A DNA stretch of 36,998 nucleotides, from the NCBI GenBank assembly GCA_016203665.1, contig JACQMJ010000007.1, positions 1 to 36,998 on the forward strand. The letters are read 5' to 3'. The notes beneath the pieces were generated by a model. The model ran no database searches, was not told the origin of the DNA, and saw only the letters and a list, made by a program, of their open reading frames with translations. Positions 8,203 through 15,914 of this stretch are shown here, piece after piece (the first letter of the stretch is position 1; each line of letters starts with the position of its first letter). Origin of the DNA: Candidatus Sungiibacteriota bacterium. GTDB lineage: Bacteria; Patescibacteriota; Minisyncoccia; Sungbacterales; SURF-37. The position numbers were made by a program, and so were the translations under genes.

Positions 8203-8218
8203 AATACTATATAGTATT
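8203..8218. promoter_or_regulatory. AT-rich palindrome AATACTATATAGTATT overlapping the YerC-like gene promoter region
   Basis: 16-bp perfect palindrome, 15 nt upstream of the ATG at 8233. TAGTAT at 8220-8225 lies 7 nt from the ATG. Confidence 0.5.
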
Positions 8219-8232
8219 GTAGTATTAAGTAT

Positions 8233-8742
8233 ATGGCAAAGTTTGCAGAGAAACTATCCAGAAAAGAACGGGATCAATTGCTATTTGAGTTCTTCCGGGG
8301 CCTCGGCATGGTGCGTGGTACAGAGGAGGTAGCGAAAGTGTTCGGCGATCTTGTTTCCCGCCAGGAACTCGAAATGATCGCCAAGCGACTCAAAATCGCG
8401 ACGCTGCTGATTGAGGACAAAACCTACGACGAAATTAGAAGGCACATGAAAGTTAGTGCACCGACGATCGCCCGCGTAAGCGCCTGGCTGCAGCAGGCCG
8501 GGGAAGGTTTTCGGCTTCTCCACGCGCGAGTCAAGCGCGCGGGCGGAGAAGTGACCCGCATTCATACTCCGCTTCAGCGAAAGTATCCACTCTACTTCTG
8601 GCCGCAGCTATTGATGCAAGAAATTTCTCGGATAGCGACGGAACGGCAGCGAGCCAAGCTGCTGGATGTCATTGATGACTTCGACCATAAGACAAAGCTT
8701 TATAAAGAGCTCCGGAAATCTCTCTCCTATCCTAGGACTTAA
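8233..8742 (+). CDS. TrpR-like YerC/YecD family DNA-binding protein with a roughly 70-aa C-terminal extension
   Basis: VFGDLVSRQELEMIAKRLKIATLLIEDKTYDEIRRHMKVSAPTIARVSAWLQ resembles the YerC/TrpR HTH region (recalled B. subtilis YerC). Confidence 0.8.
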   Translation: MAKFAEKLSRKERDQLLFEFFRGLGMVRGTEEVAKVFGDLVSRQELEMIAKRLKIATLLIEDKTYDEIRRHMKVSAPTIARVSAWLQQAGEGFRLLHARVKRAGGEVTRIHTPLQRKYPLYFWPQLLMQEISRIATERQRAKLLDVIDDFDHKTKLYKELRKSLSYPRT

Positions 8743-8762
8743 ATACTATATAGTATTTAAGT
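8737..8762. promoter_or_regulatory. 26-bp perfect AT-rich palindrome ACTTAAATACTATATAGTATTTAAGT spanning the YerC-like stop codon, upstream of scpB
   Basis: Read directly. Its 11-bp arms ACTTAAATACT are identical to those of the murD palindrome. Confidence 0.55.
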
Positions 8763-8775
8763 GTAAGTGATCGGT

Positions 8776-9324
8776 ATGAATTTAAAAGCGACAATCGAGG
8801 GCATCCTCTTCATCCAGGGCGAGCCCCTGGCTATTTCGCGCCTGGCCAAGATCACCGGCGCCAAAAAAGCGGAGGTTAAATCGGCGCTCCGCGAACTTGC
8901 GGCCGAATACCGCGAGCGGGGGATCGTGCTCGTGGAGAATGGCGAGGAGTGGCAGTTTGCGACCAATCCCGCGGTAAAGCCAATGGTGGAAAAATTCGTG
9001 ACAAGCGAACTTTCCGAGGACCTTTCCCGGGCGAGCCTTGAGGTACTTTCCATTGTTGCCTACAAAGGGCCCATGAGTCGCATCCAGGTTGAGTATATCC
9101 GCGGCGTGGACTCGTCTTTTACCCTGCGTAACCTATTGATCCGCGGGCTCGTGACCCGCGAGGAAAACCCGGCTGATCGGCGTTCCTATCTTTACCGCGT
9201 TTCCGCAGACTTTCTGAAGCACCTCGGACTTACGAAGCTCGAGGAACTGCCGCAGTACGAGGAGTTCAGAAAAAAGGAAATTGAGATCCCGCCCGCCGAG
9301 TCGCCCGCCGGCAGGCAGTCATAG
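8776..9324 (+). CDS. scpB: Segregation and condensation protein B
   Basis: MNLKATIEGILFIQGEPLAISRLAKITG is typical of ScpB, with winged-helix repeats. ATG at 8776; the track start 8767 is GTG. Confidence 0.88.
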   Translation: MNLKATIEGILFIQGEPLAISRLAKITGAKKAEVKSALRELAAEYRERGIVLVENGEEWQFATNPAVKPMVEKFVTSELSEDLSRASLEVLSIVAYKGPMSRIQVEYIRGVDSSFTLRNLLIRGLVTREENPADRRSYLYRVSADFLKHLGLTKLEELPQYEEFRKKEIEIPPAESPAGRQS

Positions 9325-10254
9325 ATGTCCTGGCTCCGCCCCGCAATACTTTCCATCGCCCTCGGTGCCGTGCTCGTCGGCATGGGCTGGTTTGCTACGA
9401 AGCCGACGCTCCAGGCCGAACCTTCCGCGCCTCCAGCCCCGCGCCTCATCCGGCGGGACGAAAAGCCGCTTGAGGTCACGGCCGAGGCCGTATTCATCAC
9501 CCGGCTCCGCACCGGCGAGGTGCTCTACCAGAAGAACGCCGATGTGCGCCTGCCCATTGCCAGCTTGACCAAACTCATGACGGCGCTCGTGCTCGCCGAG
9601 GAGTCCGAGCCCCTTAGAGAAGTGGTATTCTCCGCGGCCGCCAAAGGTGTCGGCGATGCCGATTCCAAACGGAGCGCCGCGGCGGCGGGGGAGCGATTTA
9701 GGGCCGAGGATGTGGAGAAAATGCTCCTCATCTCCTCGGATAATGATGCCGCCTACGCCGTGGCCGAGCATGTTGCGCTGGCTCGGCGCGCCGAACTCGC
9801 AGAATTTAAAGAGCGCATCAATTTTTTTGTCGGCCTCATGAACGAACGGGTGCGGGCATTGGGTATGGCGGACACCCATTTTGCCAATCCGGCCGGTTTT
9901 GACGATGCCGCAAATTACTCGACAGCGGCGGATATCGTGCGCCTAGTAGCGGCCATCACCGCCGAACGCCCCGAGCTCTGGACGTTCTCGCGGATGTCCG
10001 AGACGTTCATTTTTTCCATCAGCGGCGGGCGTTATGAGCTGGTTAATACGAATCCGCTCCTCTACGAATACCCGGCGCTTTACGGTTCCAAGACCGGCTA
10101 TGAGGATGAGGCCAAGGGCGCGCTCCTCATCCTCTACCAGCTCTCCCGCGGCGAACTCTTCGCCATTGTGCTTCTCCGCTCGAGCGATCGCTTCGGGGAC
10201 GGATCATCATCCATCCGGTGGCTCGAAGGGAATTTCGTGATAGGATCGCCCTAG
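9325..10254 (+). CDS. D-alanyl-D-alanine carboxypeptidase (serine peptidase S11), membrane-anchored
   Basis: SxxK (SLTKLM), SxN (SSDND) and KTG (KTGY) motifs. N-terminal TM. Confidence 0.85.
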   Translation: MSWLRPAILSIALGAVLVGMGWFATKPTLQAEPSAPPAPRLIRRDEKPLEVTAEAVFITRLRTGEVLYQKNADVRLPIASLTKLMTALVLAEESEPLREVVFSAAAKGVGDADSKRSAAAAGERFRAEDVEKMLLISSDNDAAYAVAEHVALARRAELAEFKERINFFVGLMNERVRALGMADTHFANPAGFDDAANYSTAADIVRLVAAITAERPELWTFSRMSETFIFSISGGRYELVNTNPLLYEYPALYGSKTGYEDEAKGALLILYQLSRGELFAIVLLRSSDRFGDGSSSIRWLEGNFVIGSP

Positions 10255-10255
10255 T

Positions 10256-11329
10256 ATGCCGGTTGGCACGGATCTTATTCTGAACGTTTTCAAAGTCTTC
10301 GGCCTCTCGGCCGTGGCCTTCTTTTTCGCCATTGCCTGGACGCCGCTTCTAACTAATGTTCTCTATAAATACAAGATGTGGCGTAAAGCCGTGCGTACGC
10401 GCGCCCCTGACGGCCACGGCACGCCGATCTTCGCCCAACTCCACAAAGAGCGCGAGGTTTCGACACCCCGCATGGGCGGTCTTTTGATATGGGTCACGAC
10501 GCTCGTCATCATCTGCAGCTTTTGGCTGGCCGCCCGGCTTACCGTTAGTCCCATTTTGGACAAGCTGAATTTCCTGTCGCGCAACCAGACGTGGCTGCCG
10601 CTCTTCACGCTCGTGACGGCATCACTCCTCGGTCTGATTGACGACCTTCTCCAAATCTACCAGCGCGGCACCTACATTGCTGGCGGCCTGAAGTTCCGCG
10701 TCCGCGCATCGGTGATCGTGTTGATCGCGCTCATGGGCGCCTATTGGTTTTACTACCGCCTTGAGGAGAGTGCTCTCTATATTCCTGGGCTCGGCGATGT
10801 TGTCATCGGCCTCTGGTTTATCCCGCTCTTCGTCGTCACTATGCTCGCGACGTTCTCAACCGCCGTCACCGACGGCCTGGACGGGCTGGCCGGAGGCGTA
10901 TTTGCGGCCATTTTCGCGGCCTACGGCGGCATTGCCTTCTTTCGGGGGCAGGTTGACCTGGCGGCTTTCTCGGCCGTGCTCCTGGGCGCGCTCCTCGCCT
11001 TTTTGTGGTTCAACATTCCGCCGGCCCGCTTCTACATGGGCGAGACCGGCATCCTCGGCCTGACGACGACGTTAACGGTCATCGCCTTCCTCACCAACTC
11101 TGTCATCGTATTGCCCATCATCGCCTTTGTCCCGGCCGTGGAAGCAGGTTCAGTGATCATTCAGCTCCTCTCCAAACGCTGGCGCGGGAAAAAAGTGTTC
11201 CGCGTCGCCCCGCTGCACCACCATTTTGAGGCCATCGGCTGGCCGTCCTACAAAGTGACCATGCGCTTCTGGGTGATTAGTATTGTATTTGCGATCATAG
11301 GCATGGTGGTTGCGCTCGTTGGAAGATAG
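10256..11329 (+). CDS. mraY: Phospho-N-acetylmuramoyl-pentapeptide transferase
   Basis: Polytopic membrane protein with GLIDDLLQI and TDGLDGLAGG motifs. Confidence 0.93.
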   Translation: MPVGTDLILNVFKVFGLSAVAFFFAIAWTPLLTNVLYKYKMWRKAVRTRAPDGHGTPIFAQLHKEREVSTPRMGGLLIWVTTLVIICSFWLAARLTVSPILDKLNFLSRNQTWLPLFTLVTASLLGLIDDLLQIYQRGTYIAGGLKFRVRASVIVLIALMGAYWFYYRLEESALYIPGLGDVVIGLWFIPLFVVTMLATFSTAVTDGLDGLAGGVFAAIFAAYGGIAFFRGQVDLAAFSAVLLGALLAFLWFNIPPARFYMGETGILGLTTTLTVIAFLTNSVIVLPIIAFVPAVEAGSVIIQLLSKRWRGKKVFRVAPLHHHFEAIGWPSYKVTMRFWVISIVFAIIGMVVALVGR

Positions 11330-11355
11330 GGGCGGCAATGCTACGGTAAAAAAGC

Positions 11356-12936
11356 ATGAAGTTCGATACGCTCATCCGGGACGGCACTATTCTTGACGGC
11401 TCGGGCCAGCCGCGAATCCGAGGCGACATTGGCATTTCCGACGGCGTTATCGCGGCCGTGGGCAATCCCGCGCTTGAGGGCGCGGAGGCCAAGAAAACTA
11501 TTTCCGCAGCCGGCAAATTCGTTTGCCCGGGATTCGTGGACATCACGAGCCACAGCGATACTTCGGGTTCGCTCTTTTTGAACTCCGATCAGGATTTCCT
11601 TCTGACGCAGGGTGTAACTTCTATCCTCGTCGGCAATTGCGGCTCATCCCTGGCGCCGCTTGCCTCGCGGGAGGCGGCGGCGTCTTTCCGCAAGTGGAGT
11701 ACCGGCGCTGAAATCAACATCAACTGGCTCACCGTGCGCGACTACCTCGCTGAGCTTTCCAAGCGCCCCCTGGGCCTGAATGTAGGGACGCTCATGGGGC
11801 ACGGCACGCTCCGCCGCGGCATTACCAAGGGCGAGTCCCGGCCCCTTGCCGCCGAGGAACTGGCGCAGCTTTCCTTGCTCATCAGCCAGGGCCTGCGCGA
11901 TGGCGGCTTCGGACTGTCCCTAGGTTTGGTGTACGGCCATGAGGCCTCGGCCGCGCCGGAGGAGATCGCCGCGTTCGGGAGAGTTGTTGCCGGAGCCGGC
12001 GGCGTAGTGAAAGCGCACCTGCGCAATGAAGGGCGGGATCTGGTGCCGGCCGTGAACGAGATTATGCAGTTAGCGCGGGAATCCGGGGCGCATGCCATTG
12101 TTTCGCACTTCAAAGCCGTCGGCCGCAAAGCGTGGCCGCTCTTCCGGCGCGCGCTCGACATGATGGAGCATGCCAGCGAGAACGGCACGCCGATACATTT
12201 TGATATTTCGCCCTACCAGCGGACCGGTTCATTCATCTATCTGTTATTGCCGCGGTGGGCACGCGAGGGCGGGTTTGATGAGCTCGCCCGGCGCATGGCT
12301 GATCCGGCAAGCCGCGCGGCGCTCGTGGAGGAGCTGAAGCGTATGACGCTTCACTATGAGCGCTACATTATCGCGAGCGGGGCCGCCCCCGGCCTAAACG
12401 GCCGAACCATCGCCGAGGCCGCGGCGCGGGCCGGAACAAGCCCTGAAGAGACCGTGCTCAATCTCATTGCGGCCTCCGGGGGGCGCGCCACCATTTTCGG
12501 CAAAACCCTTTCTTTCAGGAATATCGCAGCGGGCATTTCGCATCCCTTAGGCGTTATTGCCTCGGACGGCAGCGGGGTAACGGCTGAGCTCGCGCGCTTG
12601 GGGGCGCTCGTCCATCCGCGATCAACCGGTTGCTTCCCGCACTTCCTGCATAAGTTCGTGCGCGAAAAGGAGGTTGTTTCCTGGGAGGAGGGAATACGAA
12701 AGATCACGGCTTTTCCAGCCGAGCTTATCGGATTTACCGGTCGCGGCCGCATTGCTCCGAAGTTCGCAGCTGATATCGTCGTCTTTGACCCGGGTGAGGT
12801 TCGCGACCGCTCCACCTACCAGAACCCCTATGTGCACTCGGCCGGCATTGAAACCGTCATCGTGAACGGCGTGGCGGCCGTCGAGTCGGGTCAGCTCACC
12901 GGTGTTGCCGGCGGCCGGGTGCTGAAGAAAGTGTAA
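11356..12936 (+). CDS. Amidohydrolase, N-acyl-D-amino-acid deacylase (D-aminoacylase) family
   Basis: GFVDITSHSD and GNCGSS motifs and the 526-aa length match the D-aminoacylase family (recalled). The first His of the HxH motif is Thr here. Confidence 0.78.
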   Translation: MKFDTLIRDGTILDGSGQPRIRGDIGISDGVIAAVGNPALEGAEAKKTISAAGKFVCPGFVDITSHSDTSGSLFLNSDQDFLLTQGVTSILVGNCGSSLAPLASREAAASFRKWSTGAEININWLTVRDYLAELSKRPLGLNVGTLMGHGTLRRGITKGESRPLAAEELAQLSLLISQGLRDGGFGLSLGLVYGHEASAAPEEIAAFGRVVAGAGGVVKAHLRNEGRDLVPAVNEIMQLARESGAHAIVSHFKAVGRKAWPLFRRALDMMEHASENGTPIHFDISPYQRTGSFIYLLLPRWAREGGFDELARRMADPASRAALVEELKRMTLHYERYIIASGAAPGLNGRTIAEAAARAGTSPEETVLNLIAASGGRATIFGKTLSFRNIAAGISHPLGVIASDGSGVTAELARLGALVHPRSTGCFPHFLHKFVREKEVVSWEEGIRKITAFPAELIGFTGRGRIAPKFAADIVVFDPGEVRDRSTYQNPYVHSAGIETVIVNGVAAVESGQLTGVAGGRVLKKV

Positions 12937-12951
12937 AAGCGGGCCAGCTAA

Positions 12952-14325
12952 GTGAAGCTTTCAGAATTCAAAGGCAAAAATGTTTTAGTAATGGGGTTAG
13001 GACTCCATGGCGGAGGCATTGGTACTGTGCAGTTTTTCGCGAAATTAGGAAGCCGCGTTGTCGTCACTGATCTCAAGAGCCGGCGCGAACTTGCGCCGTC
13101 GGTCGCAAAACTGCGGCGATTCAAAAACATCACCTACCGTCTCGGCGGCCACCGTCCGGCTGACTTCCGGAACGCGGACTTCGTTATTCAGGGCCCGGGG
13201 GTGCCGGTAAATTCGAAGTTTTTGAAAATTGCCGAACGGGCGGGTATGTCGGTGCTATCGGATGTGGAGATTTTTTTTCTTACGTGCCCGGCGCCGATCA
13301 TCGGCATCACCGGCACGAAGGGAAAGTCTACGACTACCTGGCTATTGGGGCAATTTTTAGCGCGTGAACGGAAGAGGCGCATATGGGTCGGCGGCAATAT
13401 CAGGAAATCAATGCTCGCCTTCCTGCCGCAGGTGCGGAAAAGGGACATCGTCGTTCTCGAACTTTCCAGTTTTCAGCTGGATGCGCTGAAGCGCCGGAAA
13501 ATGAGCCCGTCGGTTGCCGTTATCACGAGCATCTTTCCCGATCACCTGAACCGCTATCCATCTATGGCGGCTTACATTCGCTCCAAGGCGAATGTTTTCA
13601 AGTTCCAAAAGCGGAACGGCGTGCTTTTCATACCGGATCGGGATCCGCAGCTTGGGCGCCTGGCGCAATCTGCGCCCGGCAAGGTCATCCGGGTTCAAGC
13701 TCGGCGCGCGCTCCGCCGCTATCGTGATGCGTTATCGGTGCGCATTCCGAATTTTCATCTTTCCAATATCGCGCTCGCCGTGGCGGTCAGCCGGCACCTC
13801 GGGGTGGGGGAGCGCGCCATTGGCGATGTACTTAAGCGCTTCCGCGGCGTGCCGAGCCGCATGCAGCTCGTGCGAAGAGCCGGCGGGGTCGAGTTTATCA
13901 ACGACACTACGGCCACGAACCCGCGCGCCGCCGAAGCGGCGGTCATCGCGACCAAGCGCCGCATCGGCCGCGGACGGCTGGTCGTGATCGCCGGGGGCTA
14001 TGACAAGGGCTTGCCGGCAGGGGATTTCGCGGAGACGCTCGCGCGGCACGCCGCGGCAGTGGTATTCCTCCCCGGCAGCGCCACGCGGAAAATGATAACT
14101 GCACTCCGATTTTCCCTCCGCCAGCGATACTTAAATACTGTACAGTATTTAAGTATCGCAACTCTGCGGGCGCGTACAATGCCCGAGGCGGTGAGGATGG
14201 CCTACCGCGCCGCCAAGCCCGCCGGCACGGTGCTGCTCTCGCCGGGGGCGGCGAGCTTCGGGCTTTTCAAGCATGAATTTGATCGCGGCGAACAATTCGT
14301 GCAGGCAGTACGGCATCTCCGGTGA
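12952..14325 (+). CDS. murD: UDP-N-acetylmuramoylalanine--D-glutamate ligase
   Basis: GLGLHGGG N-terminus, P-loop GITGTKGKSTT, C-terminal VLLSPGAASFGLFKHEFDRGEQF. GTG start. Confidence 0.9.
   Translation: MKLSEFKGKNVLVMGLGLHGGGIGTVQFFAKLGSRVVVTDLKSRRELAPSVAKLRRFKNITYRLGGHRPADFRNADFVIQGPGVPVNSKFLKIAERAGMSVLSDVEIFFLTCPAPIIGITGTKGKSTTTWLLGQFLARERKRRIWVGGNIRKSMLAFLPQVRKRDIVVLELSSFQLDALKRRKMSPSVAVITSIFPDHLNRYPSMAAYIRSKANVFKFQKRNGVLFIPDRDPQLGRLAQSAPGKVIRVQARRALRRYRDALSVRIPNFHLSNIALAVAVSRHLGVGERAIGDVLKRFRGVPSRMQLVRRAGGVEFINDTTATNPRAAEAAVIATKRRIGRGRLVVIAGGYDKGLPAGDFAETLARHAAAVVFLPGSATRKMITALRFSLRQRYLNTVQYLSIATLRARTMPEAVRMAYRAAKPAGTVLLSPGAASFGLFKHEFDRGEQFVQAVRHLR
14124..14159. repeat. 36-bp perfect AT-rich palindrome inserted in frame in murD
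   Basis: GCGATACTTAAATACTGTACAGTATTTAAGTATCGC encodes (Q)RYLNTVQYLSI(A). It shares 11-bp arms with the 8737-8762 palindrome. About 25% GC in a roughly 60% GC gene. Confidence 0.9.
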
Positions 14326-14391
14326 TTGGACAATTCGTTAGCCGTGTGCTATCCTCCGTAAAGAAACCGGCTCTGGAGGGGGAGGTCGACC

Positions 14392-14526
14392 ATGACGGCA
14401 GTCATCCTCGCAAACATCGCGGAGTTGCTTGCGGGTACTGCCGTCACGGTACTCGCCATCGGGCTAATCATCATCGTGATGTCGCCATTCTTCACGATGC
14501 AGCGACCGAACGGCGCGGGGAGGTGA
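14392..14526 (+). CDS. Micro-ORF, 44-aa single-TM peptide
   Basis: GGGGGAGG SD lies 6 nt before the ATG. Sequence MTAVILANIAELLAGTAVTVLAIGLIIIVMSPFFTMQRPNGAGR. Below the ORF-track size cut-off. Confidence 0.45.
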   Translation: MTAVILANIAELLAGTAVTVLAIGLIIIVMSPFFTMQRPNGAGR

Positions 14527-14530
14527 CGGG

Positions 14531-14641
14531 ATGCGCAATCATGTGAAAAACCCGTCGAAAGTCGGCGCGGGAGTTTTTCGGGGCCTCGCCGTCGGAGGCG
14601 CCATCTGGTCGATCATCATTCTCTTGATGGCGCTTCAGTGA
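14531..14641 (+). CDS. Micro-ORF, 36-aa single-TM peptide
   Basis: GGGGAGG SD overlaps the stop of the preceding micro-ORF (AGGTGACGGGATG). Sequence MRNHVKNPSKVGAGVFRGLAVGGAIWSIIILLMALQ. Confidence 0.45.
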   Translation: MRNHVKNPSKVGAGVFRGLAVGGAIWSIIILLMALQ

Positions 14642-14663
14642 GGAGAGGAGCGGGTAGCCAGGT

Positions 14664-14698
14664 GCGGGAGGCCGCAGCGGTCTCCCGCCTTTTATTTT
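14664..14698 (+). terminator. Rho-independent terminator after murD and the micro-ORFs
   Basis: GCGGGAG / CTCCCGC stem followed by CTTTTATTTT. Confidence 0.6.
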
Positions 14699-14700
14699 CC

Positions 14701-14709
14701 TGCTACAAT
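14701..14709 (+). promoter_or_regulatory. Extended -10 element TGCTACAAT placed for a leaderless ftsW mRNA
   Basis: TACAAT at 14704-14709, then 6 nt, then the ATG at 14716. No SD. Sits immediately after a terminator. Confidence 0.45.
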
Positions 14710-14715
14710 GACGCT

Positions 14716-15801
14716 ATGCGCCGCCGCGTGGATTATCCGCTCCTCGCAATTACCCTCGCCCTCACCGTCGCGGGCCTGTTAATCCTATCCTCGGCTTCGG
14801 TTGTTATCTCCCAGAAGAACTTCGGTACGCCCTACTACTACGTGCTGCGCCACGGTATCGCGGCGCTCGCGGGTCTGGGCGCGCTCTTCGTCTGCCAAGC
14901 CATTCCATATAAGCTCTGGAGAAAGTTCTCCCTGCCGTTGCTGGGGCTATCCATGTTCCTTGTGGCCGCTGTTTTTATCCCCGCGCTCGGCCTTGAGTTC
15001 GGCGGCGCCAGGCGCTGGCTCGACATCGGGCCGCTTTCCATTCAGCCCTCGGAGATCCTTAAGGTATCGCTTATACTGTACCTGGCGAGCTGGCTTGACC
15101 GGAGGAAGACGCGGCCCAAGGGCTTTGCCACGGCCTTCGTGCCGTTCCTCCTGATCATCAGCATCGTCGGCGCGCTCTTGGTACTGCAGCCCGACATCGG
15201 CACGCTCATCGTCACCGCCGGCGCGGCGGCCATCCTTTATTTCCTCGGCGGCGGGCGCGCCTCGCAGCTCGCCTCACTCGCCGCGCTCGCCGTTGTCGCG
15301 CTTGCGGCCATCGTGAGCGTGGCGCCCTACCGCGTGGCGCGCCTGCTCGTCTTTTTAAAGCCCGATCTCGATCCGCAGGGCATCGGCTACCACATCTCGC
15401 AGGCCCTGATCGCTATAGGTTCGGGCGGCTTCTGGGGCCGCGGCTTCGGGCAGTCCATCCAGAAGTTCAACTACCTGCCCGAGCCTATCGGGGACTCCGT
15501 CTTTGCTATCATAGTCGAGGAGTTCGGGTTTCTGGGGGGGATTGCGCTGGCCTGTGCTTTCCTCATCTTCTTCCTGCGCGCGATGGCCGTGGCCCGCCGG
15601 GCGCCGGACTTCTTTGGAAAGCTTCTGGTGGCCGGCATAGCCTCGCTGATCGCGCTCCAGGCGTTCATCAACATGGCGGCCATCACTGGGCTCATGCCGC
15701 TGACGGGCATTCCACTGCCCTTTATCTCCTACGGCGGCACGGCGCTCGTCGCAACGCTCGGGGTGGTTGGTATTATGCTCAATGTGTCGAAACACACCTA
15801 G
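14716..15801 (+). CDS. ftsW: Peptidoglycan glycosyltransferase FtsW (SEDS family)
   Basis: Polytopic SEDS protein in dcw context. Start moved from the track GTG at 14638 to the ATG at 14716 (MRRRVDYPLL) on terminator and promoter evidence. Confidence 0.88.
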   Translation: MRRRVDYPLLAITLALTVAGLLILSSASVVISQKNFGTPYYYVLRHGIAALAGLGALFVCQAIPYKLWRKFSLPLLGLSMFLVAAVFIPALGLEFGGARRWLDIGPLSIQPSEILKVSLILYLASWLDRRKTRPKGFATAFVPFLLIISIVGALLVLQPDIGTLIVTAGAAAILYFLGGGRASQLASLAALAVVALAAIVSVAPYRVARLLVFLKPDLDPQGIGYHISQALIAIGSGGFWGRGFGQSIQKFNYLPEPIGDSVFAIIVEEFGFLGGIALACAFLIFFLRAMAVARRAPDFFGKLLVAGIASLIALQAFINMAAITGLMPLTGIPLPFISYGGTALVATLGVVGIMLNVSKHT

Positions 15802-15810
15802 ATGCCGAGG

Positions 15811-15903
15811 TTAAAGGCGAAAGGTCAAAAGGTAAAAGTTAGGAAGCTCCGGCGCAACGCCGGAGCAACCCTACCTTTGCCTTTTCCCTTTTCCCTTTTG
15901 CCC
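15811..15903. repeat. Intergenic palindromic element between ftsW and murG
   Basis: Central 9-bp hairpin GCTCCGGCG-CAA-CGCCGGAGC at 15846-15866. It is flanked by an A/G-rich arm (AAAGGCGAAAGGTCAAAAGGTAAAAG) and an imperfectly complementary C/T-rich arm. Confidence 0.5.
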
Positions 15904-15914
15904 TGCTTTACGCC

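Noticed and set aside
9319-9879. 186-aa minus-strand ORF
   Set aside because: It is antisense to the DD-carboxypeptidase gene, which has SxxK/SxN/KTG motifs. It shows no independent signals.
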